Below, one piece after another: positions 30,536-39,362 of a DNA stretch of 64,000 nucleotides (positions are counted from its first letter, which is position 1; every line of letters starts with the position of its first letter). This DNA comes from an uncultured delta proteobacterium (lineage in GTDB: Bacteria; Desulfobacterota; Binatia; Binatales; Binataceae): NCBI GenBank assembly GCA_963734845.1, contig CAVTIS010000004.1, positions 158,364-222,363 of the forward strand, read 5' to 3'. A program made the translations under genes and the position numbers. The notes beneath the pieces are model-generated. The model was not told the DNA's origin, ran no database searches, and was given only the letters and a program-made list of their open reading frames with translations.

Positions 30536-32177
30536 CCCCCCCAAGGCCAACGCCCCTAGCGCTCCTAGCGCCCCGAAGACCGCGAAGCTCACGGTCGACG
30601 GCCGCGCGATCGAAGCGCCCGAGGGCACGCCGCTGTTGCAGGCGATGCTCGATGCGGGAATCGACCTCCCGCACTACTGCTACCATCCCAAGCTCAGCAT
30701 CGACGGCAGTTGCCGCCTTTGCCAGGTCAAGATCGAGGGGATGCCGAAGCTTCAGATTTCCTGCAACACCCAGGTGCGCGACGGGATGGTCGTGCATACG
30801 GCGGACCCGGAGGTCGCGCTGGCACGCCGCGGCGTGCTCGAGCTGCTCCTGATCAACCATCCGCTGGATTGCCCGATCTGCGACAAGGCCGGAGAGTGCT
30901 GGCTGCAAAACTACGCGATGCGCTTTGGGAGCCGCCATGCGCGTACGCTCGATCCGCGGCGCAAGCATGAGAAAAGGCTGGACATCGGCGAGCGTATGCT
31001 GCTCGACCAGGAACGATGCATCCTGTGCCGGCGCTGTGTTCGCTTTTGCCGCGAGATCAGCAAGACCGGCGAGCTCGCCGTTTTCAACCTTGGCGACCGC
31101 TCGGTGCTCGACGTCTATGACCGCCGCCTAGACAATGACTACTCCATCTGCACCGCCGACATCTGCCCGGTCGGCGCACTCGAAAGCAAGGACTTCCATC
31201 ATCGCATCCGGGTCTGGTTTCTCCAGGAGACCGCCAGCGTTTGTCCCGGTTGTTCCAACGGCTGCAACATCATGATCTCGGAGTATCGCAATCGCATCTG
31301 GCGGCTGATCCCGCGCCGCAACGACGCGGTCAACGACACCTGGATGTGCGACCAGGGGCGTTTGGACTATAAGTTCGTCGATGCATCCGAGCGCTTGCGG
31401 GCGCCGATGGTCGAGGAGAATGGCGCGCTTGCCCCGACCACGTGGGAGGAGGCGCTGGCGCGGGCCTCAGCTGCGATCGCGGCGCTCAAAGAGCGCCACG
31501 GCGACGGCGCGATGGGCGCGGTCGTCTCGCCCCATCTCACCGTCGAGGAGAATTTTCGCTTCGGCGAGTTCTTGCGCGCAGCTGGCGCGGGCAAGAGCGC
31601 GATGGCGGTGCGGCGCGGGCCCGCCGACGACTTCCTGATCAAGGCCGAGAAAGCGGCCAACGCGCGCGGCGTGCGCGAGCTGGGCCTGGTGAGCGGCAGT
31701 GACGACGGGCTCGGCGAGCTGTTGCGGGCCGTGGAAGCCGGCGAGCTCAAGGGACTCTACCTTTGCGGTGACGATGTTCTTGAGACGCTTGCCCCCGAAC
31801 GTCTCACGGCAATTCTGGGAAGGCTCGAACTCTTGATTGTGCAGACGCTCAAGCTCGACCAGCGCCTGGGCGCGGCCGCCGTGGTGTTTCCCACCACGGC
31901 CTTCGCCGAGAAGGACGGTTCGTTTGTCAACCACGCCGGGCGCGTGCAGCGCATTTATAAGGCGATCGAAACGGCGCCGGGATGGCTCAGCGACGGTGAG
32001 ATTTTCACGCGCTTGCTCAACGCTATCGACCCCAGCGATCGCCGCTTCGATCCTGATGCGATGTGGGAGCCGATATGCCGCGCGCATTCGCGCTTCGCCG
32101 GGCTTTCGCTGGACTCCCTCGGAGCTAGTGGCGCGATGCCTAACGGCGCGGGCGTGCAGGGCACAAGCGACCGTTGA
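30510..32177 (+). CDS. nuoG: NADH-quinone oxidoreductase subunit G, short form (555 aa)
   Basis: 2Fe-2S (CYHPKLSIDGSCRLCQV), HPLDCPICDKAGEC, CILCRRCVRFC, CPVGAL Fe-S motifs plus a truncated molybdopterin-like domain; 26-nt overlap with nuoB. Confidence 0.8.
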   Translation: MAADASSTNPPKANAPSAPSAPKTAKLTVDGRAIEAPEGTPLLQAMLDAGIDLPHYCYHPKLSIDGSCRLCQVKIEGMPKLQISCNTQVRDGMVVHTADPEVALARRGVLELLLINHPLDCPICDKAGECWLQNYAMRFGSRHARTLDPRRKHEKRLDIGERMLLDQERCILCRRCVRFCREISKTGELAVFNLGDRSVLDVYDRRLDNDYSICTADICPVGALESKDFHHRIRVWFLQETASVCPGCSNGCNIMISEYRNRIWRLIPRRNDAVNDTWMCDQGRLDYKFVDASERLRAPMVEENGALAPTTWEEALARASAAIAALKERHGDGAMGAVVSPHLTVEENFRFGEFLRAAGAGKSAMAVRRGPADDFLIKAEKAANARGVRELGLVSGSDDGLGELLRAVEAGELKGLYLCGDDVLETLAPERLTAILGRLELLIVQTLKLDQRLGAAAVVFPTTAFAEKDGSFVNHAGRVQRIYKAIETAPGWLSDGEIFTRLLNAIDPSDRRFDPDAMWEPICRAHSRFAGLSLDSLGASGAMPNGAGVQGTSDR

Positions 32178-32267
32178 AGCGCTTGCCGTTAGACGATCAA
32201 TTGACGCACTCTGTGCTTGCGAACCGGCATCTGATGCCGGCAAAAAGCCGCAGGGGGGCGAAGAATA

Positions 32268-33668
32268 ATGGCGACCGCAGCGGTTTCTGAAGCGGGTGGC
32301 CTCAAGGGCTACCTCGCGACCCATCGCACCCTCGAGACTTATCCGGTCGGCGCACATCGCTGGGCCATGCTGATGCTCACGGTGCTCGCGACGATCGTCT
32401 CGTTCTACGAATTCCAGTTCGCGCCGCTGTTGCCGCTGTGGATGCCGGCGCTGCATTTCAGCCTGGACGACTTCGGCTGGTTTTTGTTGTTCGCGGTACT
32501 GCTCTCGGGCGGTTCGGCGATGATCGGCGGGCCGCTTGCCGATCGTCACGGCCGTATCATCATCATCGACGTGTGCCTCGCGATCATCATCGTATTGACC
32601 TTTGCCAATCTCCTGATGACCGGGTTCTGGTCGTTCGTGATCGTTCGCGGTGCGATGAATCTGACGGCGGGGCTGATGTGGGGTGCGCTCGGGGGCCTCA
32701 CCCGCGATATGTCGCCGCGCGTCAGCCGCGGCGCGGCCTTCGGCCTGCTTACGGTTGGCGCGGTCGGCTGCATCTTCCTGTGGAATTTCATCAGCGGCGA
32801 GACGCTACCGCTTTTCCATAACGCATGGCAGTCACAGATCTGGATCATGGGGATCCTGGCGATCGTCATGTACATCCCCGTTCTGCTGTGGCTCAAGGAT
32901 TTGCATCCAAACCTGCGCCTGACCATCGTCGAGAGCGAAGCGACGGTCGCCGCCGCTCCGGCCGAGCATATGCGCGAGGCGGCGATGAAAGTTCCGGCCA
33001 GCGGAAGCGCAGCCTTCAGGGAGTTGCTCGGCCGTTGGGAGGTGTGGGTCCTGGTGGTCGGGTCGGTGGCCTTCCTGACGCTGCCGATCACCAGCCAGAC
33101 GTTTTTCCCGGTGATGTTCACCGGCGCATTCCATTACACTCCGGCCGCGGCGGCCAAGATGGCGTCGTACTTCTGGCTGCTCAACCTGTTCATGCTGGTG
33201 CCGGCCGGCTTGCTCTCGGACAAGCTGCGGGTGCGCAAACCGCTGGTGTTGATTGGCGACGTCGCCGCTCTGGTGGCGCTGGTCTGGTGGATTGGAACGT
33301 TCTCCAATCCATTGCCGCCGTTTCAGTTGGCGACGATGATGTTTGTGCTCGGCGGCCTGGTCGCCTTCGCCTTCATCCCCTGGTGCGCGCAATATTCGGA
33401 ACTGCTCGAAGACATCTCGCCCGCGCTGCAGGCGAGCGGATGGTCATTCTTTCAGTTGATTTACCGCGGCTGGATCGCCATCTCGGGGACTATTGTCACG
33501 CACGTTTCGCATCGCTACGGATGGGCGGCATGGATGTGGGTGGCCGCCGCGGGTATGGCGATGCTTATTCCCGCGATGCTCTCGGTGCGCGGCGGATGGC
33601 TGCCGGCCAAGGCCGGACAGGGCTCAGATGGGCATGCGGCGCCCACCGTGCGGCCATCGCCCGCGTAG
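32268..33668 (+). CDS. MFS transporter
   Basis: about 12 hydrophobic segments; MFS signature GGPLADRHGRI between TM2 and TM3. Confidence 0.7.
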   Translation: MATAAVSEAGGLKGYLATHRTLETYPVGAHRWAMLMLTVLATIVSFYEFQFAPLLPLWMPALHFSLDDFGWFLLFAVLLSGGSAMIGGPLADRHGRIIIIDVCLAIIIVLTFANLLMTGFWSFVIVRGAMNLTAGLMWGALGGLTRDMSPRVSRGAAFGLLTVGAVGCIFLWNFISGETLPLFHNAWQSQIWIMGILAIVMYIPVLLWLKDLHPNLRLTIVESEATVAAAPAEHMREAAMKVPASGSAAFRELLGRWEVWVLVVGSVAFLTLPITSQTFFPVMFTGAFHYTPAAAAKMASYFWLLNLFMLVPAGLLSDKLRVRKPLVLIGDVAALVALVWWIGTFSNPLPPFQLATMMFVLGGLVAFAFIPWCAQYSELLEDISPALQASGWSFFQLIYRGWIAISGTIVTHVSHRYGWAAWMWVAAAGMAMLIPAMLSVRGGWLPAKAGQGSDGHAAPTVRPSPA

Positions 33669-33736
33669 GCCAAATCTGTAAAACTGATCCTGAAAATTGA
33701 ACCTGCACGACTTGTACAACGGATAGTTAAAGCGAG

Positions 33737-34270
33737 ATGGCGATTCGAATAGTAAAGGTTGCACGGCCGGCGCCAAGCCTGGTCGGGCCGTACTCGCTGC
33801 GGGCGGTGCTGGTGGGACTGTGGGTCGCGTCGGCCCATCTGCTGCGCAACCTCTTCGGCTTCATGCGCGGGCGGCAGGACTTCACCGTGTATTTTCCCGA
33901 GCAGCGCTTCGTGCAGCCGCCGGCTATGCGCGGGATGCCGGTGCTGGTGCAAATGGAAAGCGGCAAGGAGCGATGCGTCGCGTGCGGGCTATGCGAATGG
34001 GCCTGCCCCACCACCTGCATCACGATCTTTCCGGCCGAGACCGTCGACGAGGTCGAACGTTACCCCGAGATTTTCGACATCGATATGTCGCGCTGCATGT
34101 TTTGCGGGTTGTGCGAAGAGGCCTGCCCCGAAGAGGCGATCGTGATGAGCCGCGAGGTCGAAATCGCAACCTACTCGCGCCGCGGCTCGCTCTGGCACAA
34201 GGCCGATCTGCTGGTGCCGCAGGATCGTCTCAAAACCCGAACCGACTTTCTGCGCGGCCACTATGAATAA
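33737..34270 (+). CDS. nuoI: NADH-quinone oxidoreductase subunit I
   Basis: two 4Fe-4S motifs CVACGLCEWACP and CMFCGLCEEACP. Confidence 0.9.
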   Translation: MAIRIVKVARPAPSLVGPYSLRAVLVGLWVASAHLLRNLFGFMRGRQDFTVYFPEQRFVQPPAMRGMPVLVQMESGKERCVACGLCEWACPTTCITIFPAETVDEVERYPEIFDIDMSRCMFCGLCEEACPEEAIVMSREVEIATYSRRGSLWHKADLLVPQDRLKTRTDFLRGHYE

Positions 34271-34276
34271 GGACCG

Positions 34277-34930
34277 ATGAGCGCCCCCGAAGAACCAAAA
34301 ACGCCCCCGCCGCCCGAGCCTTCCGCGTTGTTGCAAAAGGTGATCGCGCGGCTTGGCCCGCTGCTTGCGGAGCATCAGAGCTTTCGCGGCGACGACTGCG
34401 TCCACGTCGCGCGCGAGCATATTCTCGAAGTCGCGCGCGCGCTGCGTGACTCGCCCGAGCTTGGCTTCGACCTGCTGCTCGACGTCACCTGCGTCGATTA
34501 CTTCGGCCAGCTCGACGGTTTCAAGAACGCTCCCGAAATCTGGGATCGCAATCGCAACCTGGTGCGCAAGCGCGCCGAGTGGCGCCATCGCGTCAACATG
34601 CCCGCGCGCGGTGACGCGCCGCGCTTCGCCGTGGTCTATCATCTGGTCTCCACTCGCCTGCTCCATCGCTTGCGCGTGAAATGCCGGGTGCCGGAAGACA
34701 ATCCGGTGATCGCTAGCCTGAGCGGCCTATGGTCCGGCGCCAACTGGCTGGAGCGCGAAACCTTCGACCTCTACGGTATCCGCTTCGATGGCCATCCAGA
34801 CCTCCGCCGCATCTATCTCTACGACGAATTCGTAGGCCATCCACTGCGCAAAGACTACGCCAAACACGACGAACAACCGATTGAACCTTATGCCGGACCT
34901 GGAGCCCAAGAACCCCGTCGTCCCAACTGA
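34277..34930 (+). CDS. nuoC: NADH-quinone oxidoreductase subunit C (30 kDa)
   Basis: FDLLLDVTCVDYF...ERETFDLYGIRFDGHPDLRRI typical of NuoC. Confidence 0.85.
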   Translation: MSAPEEPKTPPPPEPSALLQKVIARLGPLLAEHQSFRGDDCVHVAREHILEVARALRDSPELGFDLLLDVTCVDYFGQLDGFKNAPEIWDRNRNLVRKRAEWRHRVNMPARGDAPRFAVVYHLVSTRLLHRLRVKCRVPEDNPVIASLSGLWSGANWLERETFDLYGIRFDGHPDLRRIYLYDEFVGHPLRKDYAKHDEQPIEPYAGPGAQEPRRPN

Positions 34931-36128
34931 CCCGTCGTCCGCCGATTCGTCGCGCGATCTGCAAACGCCGCTGATGCGGATGCAGATGGGCCCGTCGCAT
35001 CCGGCGACTCACGGCACGGTCAAGATGGTGCTCGACCTCGACGGCGAACGCGTGGTCAAAGCTGACATCCAGGTCGGCTATCTCCATCGCGGCTTCGAGA
35101 AAGAATGCGAGACCGGATACTACTACCAGAACATCCCATACACCGACCGGCTGAACTACAGCTCGCCGATGCTCAACAACGTCGGTTACTGCCTCGCGGT
35201 CGAGAAGCTGATGGATCTGCGCACGCCGCCGCGCTGCGATTTCATCCGGGTGATTGCGGGCGAGATCTCGCGCATGAGCGACCATTATCTGTGCCTGGGT
35301 GCGATGGCGCTCGAGCTGGCGGCGATGACCCCGTTTCTGTACCTGCTCGAGGCGCGCGAGCTGATGTGCGATTTGCTCGACGCGCTTTGCGGCGCGCGCG
35401 TCACCACCAACTACATCCGCATCGGTGGCGTTTCGGCCGACCTGCCCCAGGGCTTCGATCGCTTCGCCGCCGAGCGCCTGGATCGCTCACTCGTTCTGCT
35501 CGGCGACGCCGACAAACTGCTCACGCAAAATCCGGTGTTTCGCGATCGCGTCGAGGGTACCGGCCATCTGGCGCCCGAAACGCTAATCGCGCAGGGCGTG
35601 ACCGGCCCGCTGCTCCGCGCCGGCGGCGTGGCCTACGACGTGCGCCGCGTGCAGCCATATCTCGTGTACGGAGAGTTGGACTTTGACGTCCCGGTAGGCG
35701 AGCACAGCGACAACTTCGACCGCTACCTGGTGCGCCTGGAAGAAGTGCGCCAGAGCCGCCGCATGATCGCGCAATGCTTCGAGAAAATTCCCGCCGGGCC
35801 CGTTAACTCCGACGACCCCCGCGTGCGCTGGCCGCGCAAGGGCCAGGTGTTCGGCCGGATGGAAGAATTGATCGACCAGTTCAAGCTGGTCACCGAGGGC
35901 GGCCTCATCCCGCCGGGCGAGGTCTATCACGCGGTCGAAGGCGCCAACGGCGAGCTGGGTTTTTATATCGTAAGCGACGGCACCGGAAAGCCGTACAAGT
36001 GCCGATGCCGCGCGCCGAGCTTCTCCAATATGTCGGCATTGGAAAAGATGATCACCGGCGGGATGCTGGCCGACGTGGTGCCGACCTTCGACTTGATCAA
36101 CATGATCGGCGGCGAGTGCGACCGTTAG
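34881..36128 (+). CDS. nuoD: NADH-quinone oxidoreductase subunit D (49 kDa)
   Basis: GPSHPATHGTVKMVLDLDGERV...GYLHRGFEKECE; no NiFe-binding Cys; start may be an internal Met (overlaps the nuoC end). Confidence 0.9.
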   Translation: MNLMPDLEPKNPVVPTDPSSADSSRDLQTPLMRMQMGPSHPATHGTVKMVLDLDGERVVKADIQVGYLHRGFEKECETGYYYQNIPYTDRLNYSSPMLNNVGYCLAVEKLMDLRTPPRCDFIRVIAGEISRMSDHYLCLGAMALELAAMTPFLYLLEARELMCDLLDALCGARVTTNYIRIGGVSADLPQGFDRFAAERLDRSLVLLGDADKLLTQNPVFRDRVEGTGHLAPETLIAQGVTGPLLRAGGVAYDVRRVQPYLVYGELDFDVPVGEHSDNFDRYLVRLEEVRQSRRMIAQCFEKIPAGPVNSDDPRVRWPRKGQVFGRMEELIDQFKLVTEGGLIPPGEVYHAVEGANGELGFYIVSDGTGKPYKCRCRAPSFSNMSALEKMITGGMLADVVPTFDLINMIGGECDR

Positions 36129-36167
36129 GGCGCCGTCGCCGCGACAACCGCCTGAGCATGAAATACG

Positions 36168-37958
36168 ATGGCCTTGTCGGCTGAAACGCAGGAAAAGATC
36201 CGCGCCGAGCAGGCGCGCTTTCCCAATCCGCGCGGCGCGTTGCTCGCCGCGATCTATCTCGCGCGCGACGACCTCGGTGCGCTGGGCCCTGAGGCCTTTG
36301 CCGAACTTGCGCCGCTATTCGGCATGCGAGCCAACGAGGTCGCCGAAGTCGCCTCGTTCTACTCGCTCTTCAATCTGCCCCGTGCGCAGGCGGTAATTCA
36401 GGTTTGCACCAATCTGCCGTGCTGCCTGCGTGGCGCGCGCGGCGTGGTGCGCGAGCTTGAGCATCGGCTCGGTATTAAGGCCGGCACTGCTACACCCGAC
36501 GGCCGCTTCGCGATCGCAGAAGTCGAATGCCTCGGCTCATGCGCGACCGCGCCGGTCGTGCAGGTGAACCGCAATCCGTATCTGGAAAACGTAACGCCGG
36601 AGTTGGCGGCAACCCTGCTTGAATCGCCGGACGCGGCGCGCGCGGCGCGCCGCCCCGCGCCGGTCATCTCGCACGTTCCCGACGGCGTCGAGGGATACCT
36701 GCTGCCGCGCGGGGACGAGAAATGGCTGACGCTAGAGGAATATCGCGCGCACGGCGGCTTCAAGGCGGCTCCCAAGGCGGGCGCGATGACGCCCAAGGAC
36801 CTCGCGACACTGGTGAAGGACTCCAACCTTCGCGGACGCGGCGGCGCCGGTTTCGTCACCGGACTTAAGTGGACGTTCATGCCGCCGCGCGACGCGCGTC
36901 CGCGCTACCTCGCGGTCAATGCCGACGAGAGCGAGCCCGGCACCTTCAAGGACCGCCAGATCATGTCGCGCAATCCGTTCCTGCCGCTGGAGGGAATCAT
37001 GATCGCCGCGATGGCGATGGAGTCCACCGCCGCCTTCATCTACATCCGCGGCGAATACGTCGAGGAATTCGCGGCGATGAGCGCGGCGATCCGCTCGCTC
37101 TACGAAGCGAAAATTCTCGGCGACAACGCGCTCGGCTTCAACCGCCGCTTCGACATCACCATCCAGCAGGGCGCCGGTGCGTACATCTGCGGCGAGGAGA
37201 GCGGGATGCTGGAATCGATGGAAGGGCGCAAGGGACAGCCGCGCAAGCGCCCGCCCTTTCCCGCGCAGGCGGGATTGTGGGGCCAGCCGACCACGGTCGA
37301 CAACGTCGAAACGCTCTCGCACGTGCCGGTGATCGTGATGCGCGGCGCGCAATGGTTCCTGGATGAAGGAGTCAAGAACGCCGCCGGCCACACGCTGTTC
37401 GGCGTGAGCGGCCACGTCAACAATCCGGGAATTTTCGAGCTTCGGCTCGGCGTCAAGCTGCGCGATCTCATCTATCAGCACGCCGGCGGAGTTATCGGCG
37501 GACGGCCGATCAAGGCGATCATTCCGGGCGGCGTCTCGATGCCGGTGCTGCGCGGCGACCAGATCGACGTCGCGATGGATCACGAATCGTTGCGCGCGGC
37601 CGGCACGCTTATCGGCACCGGCGGGGCGATCGTGATGGACGATCGTACCTGCATGGTCCGCACGGCGCTGGTAGTGGCGCGTTTTTTCGAGCACGAGTCG
37701 TGTGGCCAGTGCACCCAGTGCCGCGAGGGCACCGGCTGGACATATAAGACGCTGCGCCGGATCGAAAGCGGCGGAGGCGAACCGCAGGATCTTCAGACCC
37801 TGGCCGACACTTTTGATTTCATGGACGGCAAATGCATCTGCGCGCTCGCCGACGGCGCGTCATGGGCGGCGCGCGCGTTTCTCAAACAGTTTCGCGCCGA
37901 CTTTGAGGCCCACATCACGGAGCACCGATGCCCCTTTCCGGAGAGTTTCGAGGTATGA
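36168..37958 (+). CDS. nuoEF: fused NADH-quinone oxidoreductase subunits E (24 kDa) and F (51 kDa)
   Basis: N-terminal NuoE 2Fe-2S cysteines (CTNLPCC...ECLGSC); C-terminal NuoF NADH/FMN motifs (RGRGGAGFVTGLKW, NADESEPGTFKDR, ICGEESGMLESMEG) in one 596-aa ORF. Confidence 0.85.
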   Translation: MALSAETQEKIRAEQARFPNPRGALLAAIYLARDDLGALGPEAFAELAPLFGMRANEVAEVASFYSLFNLPRAQAVIQVCTNLPCCLRGARGVVRELEHRLGIKAGTATPDGRFAIAEVECLGSCATAPVVQVNRNPYLENVTPELAATLLESPDAARAARRPAPVISHVPDGVEGYLLPRGDEKWLTLEEYRAHGGFKAAPKAGAMTPKDLATLVKDSNLRGRGGAGFVTGLKWTFMPPRDARPRYLAVNADESEPGTFKDRQIMSRNPFLPLEGIMIAAMAMESTAAFIYIRGEYVEEFAAMSAAIRSLYEAKILGDNALGFNRRFDITIQQGAGAYICGEESGMLESMEGRKGQPRKRPPFPAQAGLWGQPTTVDNVETLSHVPVIVMRGAQWFLDEGVKNAAGHTLFGVSGHVNNPGIFELRLGVKLRDLIYQHAGGVIGGRPIKAIIPGGVSMPVLRGDQIDVAMDHESLRAAGTLIGTGGAIVMDDRTCMVRTALVVARFFEHESCGQCTQCREGTGWTYKTLRRIESGGGEPQDLQTLADTFDFMDGKCICALADGASWAARAFLKQFRADFEAHITEHRCPFPESFEV

Positions 37959-38359
37959 GCGCCGACCGGCCGGCCCGCAACGCGATCGTCGCTATCCTCG
38001 GCACGCCCGACCGAACCGAGGGCAGCCTCGACGATCCGCGCGAGCGTGAAGAAGACGGCGTGCGCTTCAACGAGAAATGGATCTATACGCATCTGCGCCG
38101 CGATCCGGCGGGCGCCGCGATGCGCACGGTTTACTGGATGCGCTACGATTTTCGCGGTACCGCCGTGCGTAACAACGAGGCGGAACCTTGGCGGCCCGAC
38201 ACCGCACTCGTCGAGGCCGCCGCGAAACGCGACGACCGTCTCCCGCCGCTCGATCCGTCGCGCAATCCGCAGCTTGCGCCTAGCACCAGGTATCGTCCAG
38301 TCTCGGATTTTACCGGCGTGTCCGACCTCGGCGGCGAAATCCAGGAAAAAAAATCCTGA
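37955..38359 (+). CDS. hypothetical protein (about 134 aa)
   Basis: ATG overlaps the nuoEF stop (GTATGAGC); charged, non-membrane protein with no recognisable motif. Confidence 0.4.
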   Translation: MSADRPARNAIVAILGTPDRTEGSLDDPREREEDGVRFNEKWIYTHLRRDPAGAAMRTVYWMRYDFRGTAVRNNEAEPWRPDTALVEAAAKRDDRLPPLDPSRNPQLAPSTRYRPVSDFTGVSDLGGEIQEKKS

Positions 38360-38388
38360 CCAAGACTTGGGTCCGCGCGCCGGCCCGC

Positions 38389-39336
38389 TCAGCTGCCGAA
38401 GGCTTCGCGCAACGCGGCCGCCGCTTCCAGAATCGACTGGCGGCCCTTGGCCAGAATCGGCGCCATCCCGGTGAACGCGTGCGTCACGCCCTCATAGCGC
38501 GAGCATTTGACCGCGACCCCCGCGCGTTTGAGACGCGCGGCGTATTCCTCAGCCTCGTCGCGCAGCGGATCGTATTCGGCGGTGACGATCAGCGCCGGCG
38601 GCAGATCGCGTAAATCCTTGGCCACGCCTGGACAGCAATATGGATTGGCGCGATCGCGCTCGGAGGACAGGTAGCAGCTCCAGAACCACTCCATGTCGGC
38701 ACGCGAGAGCAGATAATACGTTCCGGTGGAGTAGTCGCGATGAGACGGCGTGTCCATCGCTGCGTCGGTCGCCGGGTACCACATCACCTGGCATCCGATA
38801 CGTGGGCCGCGGCGATCACGAGCCATCATGGCGACCGCGGCCGCCAGCGTCCCGCCAGCACTGGTGCCGGCGACCGCCAGGTGCGAGCGCTCTGCTCCGA
38901 GCGCCGCGGCGTTGTCCGCGATCCATACGGTCGCGGCGTAGCAATCGTCGGGGCTCGCGGGAAACCGATGCTCCGGCGCGAGCCGGTAATCGACCGACAC
39001 GACCACGCATCGCGCAGCATTAGTCAGTATCCGGCAGATAACGTCATGAGTGTTCAGATCGCCCGCGACCCATCCGCCGCCATGGAAGAAAGCCACCGCG
39101 GGGAGCGGCGCGTCAGCCGACGGATGCGCTGACGGACGATAGATGCGAACAGGAATCTCGCCCGCTGGTCCCGGGATGCGCCGGTCTTCGACCTGCGCGA
39201 CGGATTCTCGCGCGCCCGTCGCCGAACCGCTGCGGATAGCCTCGCGCACTTTCTCGATGCCCAGCGTATGAAACGCAGGGCCGCCGGCTTCGGCGGCCTT
39301 GTCGAGTATCGCCTTCATTTGCGGGTCCAATGGCAT
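38389..39336 (-). CDS. alpha/beta-hydrolase fold-3 esterase/lipase (HSL family)
   Basis: oxyanion-hole motif FFHGGGWVAGD and the nucleophile-elbow AVAGTSAGG segment. Confidence 0.8.
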   Translation of the reverse strand: MPLDPQMKAILDKAAEAGGPAFHTLGIEKVREAIRSGSATGARESVAQVEDRRIPGPAGEIPVRIYRPSAHPSADAPLPAVAFFHGGGWVAGDLNTHDVICRILTNAARCVVVSVDYRLAPEHRFPASPDDCYAATVWIADNAAALGAERSHLAVAGTSAGGTLAAAVAMMARDRRGPRIGCQVMWYPATDAAMDTPSHRDYSTGTYYLLSRADMEWFWSCYLSSERDRANPYCCPGVAKDLRDLPPALIVTAEYDPLRDEAEEYAARLKRAGVAVKCSRYEGVTHAFTGMAPILAKGRQSILEAAAALREAFGS

Positions 39337-39362
39337 GCGCGAATTCCCTTACTGCCGCTGCG

